Source of the DNA: Candidatus Heimdallarchaeota archaeon
Lineage (GTDB): Archaea > Asgardarchaeota > Heimdallarchaeia > JABLTI01
DNA length: 24,161 nt
Assembly (NCBI GenBank): GCA_030614005.1
Contig: JAUWKS010000050.1
Location: forward strand, 1-24,161
Reading direction: 5' to 3'
Notes under the pieces: model-generated
The model's database searches: none
Told to the model about the DNA's origin: nothing
The model's input: the letters and a program-made list of their open reading frames with translations, nothing else
Shown: positions 17,599 through 24,161 of the stretch, one piece after another
How the letters are laid out: the number at the start of each line of letters is the position of its first letter
How positions within the stretch are numbered: the stretch's first letter is position 1
Program-made: the position numbers and the translations under genes

Positions 17599-18753
17599 TT
17601 AAGCTAAAACCAATGGGGATTCTTTTTTTACCCCTGGAATAGAAACTCCTTCTTTCATTTTCTTTAAGCGAAGAATATCTGTGAATGCTTCCAAACGTGT
17701 AAGAAAACCTGCTTCTCCAGTATGGGCATCTAAAGTGATAATCATTAAAGGTGTATCAGATTTAATTCTCTTCGAAAATTGTTTCACATATTCTAGAGAA
17801 ACAGAAACCGGTCCACAGATGAAATTTACCAGCATTAATACACCATCTATCCTTTTATTTTCAAGATAGTGCATTGTCGTTCCGACAAGCTCATGTTCGA
17901 ATTCAAAATAGAGATAATCATTTTCTCCGAGATAATATTTTTCCTTCTCTTCTTTTGTAACATTATCAATGTCTTTTACCATTAACCCAAAATCATCATA
18001 TGTTAAACGTTTTATTTGACGTTTTATTACTGAGCGAGGCATTTGTTGAGCAGTAATAATATCTGCACCCAGTTTTTGCATTTTTTTTCTCATTTCAAAA
18101 GAAGCGAACTCATCATTGATAACATAAGGGTGACTTACTACTGCAATTTTCAGCATTTCTTCACCATCGGGAATAATGGGCGGATCATTAAGAGAAATTT
18201 CAGAGCGCTCCCATTTTGCTAAATCCTCTTCACTGATAATTAAATTCTTTAAATATTTCTTATCCGCTCTTAATCCTTGTACAGTTGCGTTTAGAATCTT
18301 GAATGGGTTCTTTGTGAAATGAAATCCTATTTGGAATACTATTTTTAATAAGCGTACTACTCCATGTCTTTCTCGAGAAGTCGAGTAGTATGGGCCAAAA
18401 ATAGGTGGTGCATTTTCGAAAGTTGCTTTTATAATATCTGCTAAAGCAATGAATTTTGGGCAACCAACTTCATTTTTCTTTCTGCTTGCAAATCTTGGAA
18501 CAAATAAGTAGTCTACTTTATCTTGTAGTTCATGAACGTGTCCATAGAACAATTTCGCTGAATAACAGTCATCATCTAATGTAGATTGAATACCATCAGT
18601 TTTCATTTGTTTTGTTGTAGGAGGGGAAATAACAACTTCTGCACCTAGTTTCTCAAAAAAAGTCGTCCACATTGCCTCAAACTTATAGAAGAGGAGTGCA
18701 CGTGGAATGCCAACGCGTTTCTTCTTTTTTTGTGCAGAAAGTTTTTTCGACAT
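17599..18753 (-). CDS. DUF2229 acyl-CoA dehydratase activase-related subunit (reduction-domain-like)
   Basis: VGIPRALLFY, DDCYSAKLFYGH, GCPKF, FICGP and DAHTGEAGFLTRLEAF motifs. ATG 18753 has an AGAGGA RBS; the ORF is open up to TTG 18810. Confidence 0.88.
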   Translation of the reverse strand: MSKKLSAQKKKKRVGIPRALLFYKFEAMWTTFFEKLGAEVVISPPTTKQMKTDGIQSTLDDDCYSAKLFYGHVHELQDKVDYLFVPRFASRKKNEVGCPKFIALADIIKATFENAPPIFGPYYSTSRERHGVVRLLKIVFQIGFHFTKNPFKILNATVQGLRADKKYLKNLIISEEDLAKWERSEISLNDPPIIPDGEEMLKIAVVSHPYVINDEFASFEMRKKMQKLGADIITAQQMPRSVIKRQIKRLTYDDFGLMVKDIDNVTKEEKEKYYLGENDYLYFEFEHELVGTTMHYLENKRIDGVLMLVNFICGPVSVSLEYVKQFSKRIKSDTPLMIITLDAHTGEAGFLTRLEAFTDILRLKKMKEGVSIPGVKKESPLVLA

Positions 18754-18974
18754 CTTTATTTTCCTCTTTAGATTGACTGATGGAAACTTTTTATAATTCT
18801 TTCCTTTCAATCCATTATTTGTCGTTCGACAGAAATTAAGCCTAATTTTTCTTTAATAAAGAAGATTTTCTTTCTCTTTTTTCCCAGAACTATTTCTCGA
18901 AGCTATGAGAAACCTTTTTTAATAGTTTGAAAACAACTAAACTGGACATATAAATTGATAAAAAGAGGATACAA

Positions 18975-19226
18975 ATGTCAAGGTTTGATGTTGAAAGAAA
19001 GAAACCTTTGGATATACTAATTATTTCCAAAAACAATAATGAACTATTTGTACTTTTAACCGAATACCTAACATTAAGAAATAATTATGATGAACCTTTA
19101 GATGCTAGAAGAATGAGAGAAAGAGCAGAAGAATGTTTGCGAGAAGAATTACTAGATTATGATCGCGCATACAGACTTCTTAGGCTTGCCATGAAAATTA
19201 TGAAAGCATGTAATGGTATAAATTAA
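18975..19226 (+). CDS. Small helical hypothetical protein, 83 aa
   Basis: AGAGGA RBS and upstream TTTTTAATA TATA-like box. Charged amphipathic helices; no family recognised. Confidence 0.7.
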   Translation: MSRFDVERKKPLDILIISKNNNELFVLLTEYLTLRNNYDEPLDARRMRERAEECLREELLDYDRAYRLLRLAMKIMKACNGIN

Positions 19227-19240
19227 TAGTAATGAAGCAT

Positions 19241-19954
19241 TCACTTCATTACATCATCTGGTTTTAGTGTCGTCCACACTTTTGCTTCTCCTGAGCGAAT
19301 CTTTTTGAATTCCGGTATATAGCGCAGTAGAATAATGGCTAATATGCCAAACGAATATAGAATTGTGAACGGTATTCCGTAACCTGAACCGTCTGCGAGG
19401 TAACTGTGTGGGAATATTTGGATTATTTGTGTTCCTGGACCTATTAGATCTAGAATGAAAAATATTGGTGAAATAAAGCTTACACCCCAACCTGATCCAA
19501 CACCGGAATAACCTGAGAATCTGCTAAACAGAACAATGAGTAACGGAAAAATAAAAGGTCCAATTGGCCAGTAAAAGAATATCAGCGTTCCAGCCATTGT
19601 AGCGAGTCCTTTACCTCCTTTAAATCCTAAGTAAGGCATCCAGCAATGTCCTGCAACAGCGGCTAATGCTGTTAGCACTACAAGATAATCTAAATGCGGA
19701 TGATTACGAGCAAGTGCGTATTCTACGATAGCACATGCAGCAGCACCTTTTACAAGATCGGTAGCTCCTACCATCATTCCCCACGGCCAGAATCCTGCAG
19801 CACGAATTGCGTTTCTTGTGCTAACTGAACCTGAACCAAATTCACGTGGATCAATTCCCTTCACCAATTTACAAACAATGAATGATGTAGGAAATCCTCC
19901 TATCAATAAACCAATAATTGGGGCAACAAAGAATTGCCATATAATTGATGCCAT
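19241..19954 (-). CDS. plsY: Glycerol-3-phosphate acyltransferase PlsY family (divergent active site)
   Basis: IDPREFGSGS...NAIR (motif 1), DLVKG, GHCWMPYLGFKGGKGLAT (motif 2) and multiple TM helices. Motif 3 reads RYIPEF instead of RHxxN. Confidence 0.92.
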   Translation of the reverse strand: MASIIWQFFVAPIIGLLIGGFPTSFIVCKLVKGIDPREFGSGSVSTRNAIRAAGFWPWGMMVGATDLVKGAAACAIVEYALARNHPHLDYLVVLTALAAVAGHCWMPYLGFKGGKGLATMAGTLIFFYWPIGPFIFPLLIVLFSRFSGYSGVGSGWGVSFISPIFFILDLIGPGTQIIQIFPHSYLADGSGYGIPFTILYSFGILAIILLRYIPEFKKIRSGEAKVWTTLKPDDVMK

Positions 19955-19982
19955 AGTTTTTTACTTCCTGTTTTTCCTAACT

Positions 19983-20879
19983 TTAATTCTTGGTATTTTC
20001 AAGCCAAGAATTCTCATATTTTCCTAGATAACCAATGGTCAAATATTTCTTACCAACGAAGTTTGCAACAATAGCACCGGTTTCTTGGATAATTATCTTT
20101 TTATTTTGAGGGTTATATTGTTGCATATAATTGGCTACTTCTTCTGCTGCTTCAGGCCAACATGTGTGACCTATAAACACGTAGCCACTTGTACTGTTGA
20201 TATTTTCTAAAGCTGCTCTACCAAATTTCTTCATCTGCTGAATGATTATTTCATCATTTGCTCTTATTTTTCCTTGGACTGTCACATTTCCTTCAGAAAA
20301 TTTTACAATCGGTTTTACTTTGAAAAAATCTGCTAGAAATTTCTTTGTTCTTGGAACCCTTCCCGTTCTCACTAGATTTTCCATAGTTGACATTATTCCA
20401 GCGTGATTTATTTCTTCCAAATATTCATTTGTCTTTTCGATTATCTCTTCAAAAGACTGGCTGTTTTGTGCCATAATTGCTGCTTCTAAAACCAAAATTG
20501 CTAATCCAACACTAGTTACTTTAGAATCAAAAATACGTATTTTCTTGTCTGGGAATTTTTGTTTAATTAAAGCTTGAGAATTAGTTGCAATTGGAGACAT
20601 TTTGTTTGAAACAAAAATACCAATCGCTGTATCTGCTTTCTGAAATGCTTCCTCAAATTTCTGAAAAATCATTCCTGGAGATGGGGTAGAGGTCGTAGGT
20701 ATTTCATTAACCGTTCTCTTGTAATATTCATCAAGAGATAGTTCCCCCGTTGGACCACAGGAATTATAAACTTTATCGGAGAAAATAATCTTTACCGGAA
20801 TAATGGTAATGTCTAATTTTTTAATTAAATCTACTGGTAAATCACAAGTATCATCAGTTAGTATTGCTACTTTTGCCAT
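19983..20879 (-). CDS. degV: DegV family (FakB-like) fatty-acid-binding protein
   Basis: AILTDDTCDLP, PTTSTPSPG, IFDSK, TGRV, LLKVKP-like FFKVKP and IGHT motifs. Length 298 aa. Confidence 0.92.
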   Translation of the reverse strand: MAKVAILTDDTCDLPVDLIKKLDITIIPVKIIFSDKVYNSCGPTGELSLDEYYKRTVNEIPTTSTPSPGMIFQKFEEAFQKADTAIGIFVSNKMSPIATNSQALIKQKFPDKKIRIFDSKVTSVGLAILVLEAAIMAQNSQSFEEIIEKTNEYLEEINHAGIMSTMENLVRTGRVPRTKKFLADFFKVKPIVKFSEGNVTVQGKIRANDEIIIQQMKKFGRAALENINSTSGYVFIGHTCWPEAAEEVANYMQQYNPQNKKIIIQETGAIVANFVGKKYLTIGYLGKYENSWLENTKN

Positions 20880-21049
20880 TTTGATTGGTTACTCCTAATA
20901 ATTAGTTAGTATTGTAATTTCACCGACAAAAGGTCGGATATGAAAAATAATCTAACTTTAGAGAATAAAAAAATTACTACGAAATACATATATTGAGTAT
21001 TTGGGAGAAAAAAGAATCAATGAATAAAAAAAAATAGAAATCAGATGAA

Positions 21050-21445
21050 TTATTCACCTGCTTGACCGTATTTGAAATCTGGAGCACAAAAGCTTGATTT
21101 TTCACCTTTCAACCAGGCATTTAGACCATCTTTCTCATAAACAACCTTGTCATTAATCGTGAGTTTTATTTTATCAAGACACCAATCATCATCTTTTGCG
21201 GTTCGCGTTTTTTTCTTGAAACATAAATAACGGAAATCTGATTCAGTCAAATCAGATGGTACATCTAAATTATAGCTATCTGTATTTCCTCTTTCAAAGT
21301 CATCATAATGAGGTTTATCTAGATTCCATTCATGACCTCCAACGTAAAGTACAATGGGGTCATCTGTGGAGCTTTTTCTTTTTTCACTACAAGTAGTGAG
21401 TTCTAGAACAATTTTGTCAATTTTTTCATATTCTCTGTCTGTCAT
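21050..21445 (-). CDS. Stand-alone PLAT/LH2 domain protein
   Basis: STDDPIVL, DDFERGNTDSY, DDWCLDKIKL and NAWL match the PLAT/LH2 consensus (FERGxxDxF, WxLxxI, WL). No signal peptide. Confidence 0.8.
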   Translation of the reverse strand: MTDREYEKIDKIVLELTTCSEKRKSSTDDPIVLYVGGHEWNLDKPHYDDFERGNTDSYNLDVPSDLTESDFRYLCFKKKTRTAKDDDWCLDKIKLTINDKVVYEKDGLNAWLKGEKSSFCAPDFKYGQAGE

Positions 21446-21571
21446 TATTACTACCTTCTTTGAATAGTTTCTATGGTTGTATTATCTTAGAACTATAAAA
21501 CAGTATTCTTTGAGACCTTTGAAAAATAGAAAATGGAAGATATGTAGAAATAACCTATCTACAGACTCTAG

Positions 21572-21655
21572 CTACCTTCCAAATTTAATAGCAATACCTT
21601 TTCCAATTCCCGTGACGGTTGATACAATTGCTCCCCAATTTGTATTTTTAGTCAT
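21572..21655 (-). pseudogene. Possible decayed SDR/Rossmann N-terminal remnant
   Basis: Reads MTKNTNWGAIVSTVTGIGKGIAIKFGR*, resembling the AIVTGxxxGIGxxIA signature. Very short. Confidence 0.3.
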
Positions 21656-21936
21656 TTTTCTCATCTTTTTCTCTCTAGTTGCCTTATTGGATGAATCTTC
21701 CGAAGAATCAAACAGATGGGTCAAATTTCTGTTTGTGTAAACCATCTTTCTCGATTTTGATGGTTCCTCTCTTTGATTTTTCCTCTAAATCCATCGTAGG
21801 AATTGATTGATATATCGTCGAAGCGATATATAATTGTTGCTATATATATTCACTAATTTTTTAAGTTATTTCTGAAAATTTTTAATTGAGATAGACTTTT
21901 TAATAGCTATTTTTTATTTTTTATTTGTGAAACAAA

Positions 21937-22500
21937 TTGATTTCTAAGAACGGTTGGCCAATAGAAAAAGGAAGAAAAGGATTATCTGTATGGCGGTTAA
22001 ATCGAATGCTCTCCATCATACATAGACGTGTGAATAAATTATCAGAGACAAATAGAGAAATACCAATTATTTGGAGTGAAATGCATATGTATACTACATT
22101 GCAACTTGCAAAACTTGTTGCTTTAAAAAGAGATCTTAATCCAGAACTTGCTGGTTTGGTGTGTGCATTCCATGATATTTACACTCTTTTAACAGGTACC
22201 CATAAAGATCATGGGTTGTTAGCAAAAAAATACATTGTTGAAATTATTGCTGAATACAATGAAAACACTCGAGATGAATTATCTCCGATAACCGAAGAAG
22301 AACAACAGTGTATTATAGAGTCTATCAAAGTTCATAGCGATAAGCAAACAGAAGAAGAAAATGCTTATGCAGAATTGCTGAAGGATGTGGATAGTTTAGA
22401 TAGTTATTTGGCTGGATTTACTCCTGGACACAGCTCAGGAAGACTCCCTAGAATAAATAACCTCCTCACTAGCTTAAATATAGATCATACTGTTGAATGA
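21937..22500 (+). CDS. HD domain metal-dependent phosphohydrolase
   Basis: H(EMHMY)...AFHDI...DHG...VHSDK...LLKDVDSLD ligand pattern. Confidence 0.88.
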   Translation: MISKNGWPIEKGRKGLSVWRLNRMLSIIHRRVNKLSETNREIPIIWSEMHMYTTLQLAKLVALKRDLNPELAGLVCAFHDIYTLLTGTHKDHGLLAKKYIVEIIAEYNENTRDELSPITEEEQQCIIESIKVHSDKQTEEENAYAELLKDVDSLDSYLAGFTPGHSSGRLPRINNLLTSLNIDHTVE

Positions 22501-22527
22501 GTGACGGAGAAAAAAGTAATTGAGAAT

Positions 22528-22770
22528 TCAATCCTCTATCTTTGAAGACCAATAATTACCCTTTTGTCTTTGCTTTAATTCTGCTTGCTTAGATTTATTC
22601 CAATTGTCAATTTCTGAGAAATAACCAACAATTCTACTTATACCGTAAACATTGTTACTGCCGCATAGTGGACAAGTGCATTTTTCTTCTGAAGAACTGC
22701 ATTCTGACTCATCTTCAATACTATGCGTTCTATTATCTTTCTCATTCATTTTGTCTTCACTATGATACAT
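22528..22770 (-). CDS. Stand-alone C-terminal glycyl-radical/Zn domain of anaerobic ribonucleoside-triphosphate reductase (NrdD-like), 80 aa
   Basis: CTCPLCGS...SRIVGYF...NWNKSKQAELKQR. Has its own RBS (GAGGGATG) and ATG. Confidence 0.85.
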   Translation of the reverse strand: MYHSEDKMNEKDNRTHSIEDESECSSSEEKCTCPLCGSNNVYGISRIVGYFSEIDNWNKSKQAELKQRQKGNYWSSKIED

Positions 22771-23015
22771 TGTTCATCCCTCTAAACGATACTCTGGGAT
22801 CTTAATACTACTAAATAAACATTATACTTGTTTCACTTAAATCCTTTATCTCGAGAGATAACCTAAACTATTCGCTTCTTTTGTTTCATTTCAATTAGAA
22901 TTAAGTAAATGCGGTAATAATTAAACGGTATTTTATTCCACAAACCTTATATCTCGTTAGAATATTATACCAATGGAGATTTTCTCTACTTTAATTATTA
23001 AAATGGGTGAAAACT

Positions 23016-24161
23016 TTGAAATTAACAAAATTAATGAAATGTTTGTTTTTTATTGGGTTATTTTCTATTGGACTAGTAGCAAGTGTGATTAGTATTTCAG
23101 CACTAGTTCCACAAACGGTGGGAAATAATGCTACTTTAGCTTTAGGATCCAATTTTACTTATGCTCCACTTGAATTTACTGGAACCGTAAGTCAAGGATC
23201 AGATAGTACACAACATACGTTTAGTGTATCCTCTACTGTAACAAAGATTGAAGTTGAATTGTCATTCAGCACTTCTTATGATTTTGACTTGAGTTTATGG
23301 GATAATACCAATCGAAGAACTGGTGGGTGGACCGATGCAGATCACTCTCTAAAGAGTGACATTCCAAATGACTCCTATTCTGGTTACTCCGCAAATCCCG
23401 AAACTATTACTATTGACCCCCCTGCATCTTCTGGTACATGGAAAGTTGGTTGTTATGCATATCGTGGAACAGGAAGCTATACAATTACTGTAACAATAAC
23501 TGATACTGTACCAGACACAACTAATCCTACTGTTAGTATAACTGCTCCAGCAAACAGCGCAACTGTTAGTAGTACAGTAACAATTTCTGCTACTGCTTCT
23601 GATAATATAGGTGTAACCAAAGTTTCCTGTAATATAGATGGTGGAACTTGGACAGATGATACTTCATCTCCGTACTCTTGGACATGGGATACCACTGGTC
23701 TTACTGATGGGAGCACTCACACAATCAATTGCCGTGCTTATGATGTTGCAGGCAACTATGCTGACGATTCAGTCAGTGTAACCGTCGACAATAGTGGTCC
23801 TGGAGATAATGAATTAACTTCCGGTGTTGCAGTCACAGGTACTCTAACCAGTGTTGGTCAAACGGAAATGTGGTACATTGATGTTGCTGCAAACGCAGAA
23901 AAAATGGAATCAATATTAACTTGCGGAAGTTCTGATTTCGATCTCTATGGCAGATTAAATACTGAACCAACCACCAGCACGTACGATTGGAGAGGATACA
24001 CCTATGGTGGTGAAGAAGTTACTCACAATACTCCTGGCGCAGGTCGCTGGTATATTATGATCCGAGATTACAGCGGAAGTGGTAATTATGAATTAGCTGT
24101 AACAATAACCTATAGTGGCCCAGATACTACCCCTCCAACAATTTCCATTACCAGCCCAAGC
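23016..24161 (+). CDS. Secreted protein with alternating PPC (pre-peptidase C-terminal) and Ig-like domains; 3' partial
   Basis: TTG 23016 after GGGTGA, frame open to the window end. Signal peptide; PPC1 (DFDLSLW...GTWKVG..AY.G); Ig domain (DTTNPTVSITAP...AYDVAGN); PPC2 (DFDLYGR...AGRWYIM..YSG); next Ig domain starts DTTPPTISITSP. Confidence 0.88.
   Translation, partial: MKLTKLMKCLFFIGLFSIGLVASVISISALVPQTVGNNATLALGSNFTYAPLEFTGTVSQGSDSTQHTFSVSSTVTKIEVELSFSTSYDFDLSLWDNTNRRTGGWTDADHSLKSDIPNDSYSGYSANPETITIDPPASSGTWKVGCYAYRGTGSYTITVTITDTVPDTTNPTVSITAPANSATVSSTVTISATASDNIGVTKVSCNIDGGTWTDDTSSPYSWTWDTTGLTDGSTHTINCRAYDVAGNYADDSVSVTVDNSGPGDNELTSGVAVTGTLTSVGQTEMWYIDVAANAEKMESILTCGSSDFDLYGRLNTEPTTSTYDWRGYTYGGEEVTHNTPGAGRWYIMIRDYSGSGNYELAVTITYSGPDTTPPTISITSPS

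Noticed and set aside
15365-18753. Ordinary 2-hydroxyglutaryl-CoA dehydratase (amino-acid fermentation) or benzoyl-CoA reductase
   Set aside because: Not excluded, but disfavoured. The subunits show DUF2229-type motifs rather than classical HgdA/B ones, no CoA-transferase or acyl-CoA dehydrogenase is adjacent, and the neighbours are lipid genes.
16638-20027. Short ORFs 16638-16838, 17681-17869, 18260-18463, 19254-19490 and 19818-20027
   Set aside because: Antisense or off-frame overlaps of conserved lipid-cluster genes.
21477-21740. 87-aa plus-strand ORF
   Set aside because: No RBS or motif; it would start about 30 nt from the divergent PLAT start, over its promoter.
23477-23716. 79-aa minus-strand ORF
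   Set aside because: Antisense shadow of the Thr/Val-rich Ig domain.
1-24161. CRISPR arrays, tRNA/rRNA, IS elements or terminal inverted repeats
   Set aside because: None recognised by eye; the repeats seen are protein-level or short palindromes. A tRNAscan/Infernal run would be needed to exclude small RNAs.

Overview
AT-rich archaeal DNA with TATA boxes and GGTGA/AGGAG-type ribosome-binding sites (RBS). The gene content resembles Asgard archaea (Heimdallarchaeia-like), but that assignment is inferred, not searched. I found no rRNA, tRNA, CRISPR array or transposase. Four zones are visible. (1) 1-3.4 kb: a decaying region with a truncated metallo-beta-lactamase (MBL)-fold gene, a wHTH regulator, a serine-hydrolase pseudogene with two lesions, and three small ORFs missed by the ORF track (36 aa; CxxC-x17-CxxC protein; 44-aa zinc ribbon). 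(2) 3.5-12.3 kb: a surface-protein cluster that includes a 1847-aa single-pass protein with a CBM9/DOMON-like domain, seven FG-GAP repeats, about nine Ig-like repeats, a TM helix and a cytoplasmic longin-like domain. (3) 12.5-15.3 kb: RidA, a wHTH regulator, a second truncated MBL and a membrane-anchored LytM-like protein. (4) 15.3-24 kb: the best candidate for a new system, a bacterial-type fatty-acyl lipid cluster. It comprises a PLAT-domain protein, DegV/FakB, a divergent PlsY and a three-gene ATP-dependent activase plus two Cys-motif reductase/dehydratase subunits of the PlsA/PlsR-Ger type. It is followed by an HD protein, a stand-alone NrdD glycyl-radical domain and a partial PPC/Ig surface protein. 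All family calls come from motif recognition by eye; no database searches were run.
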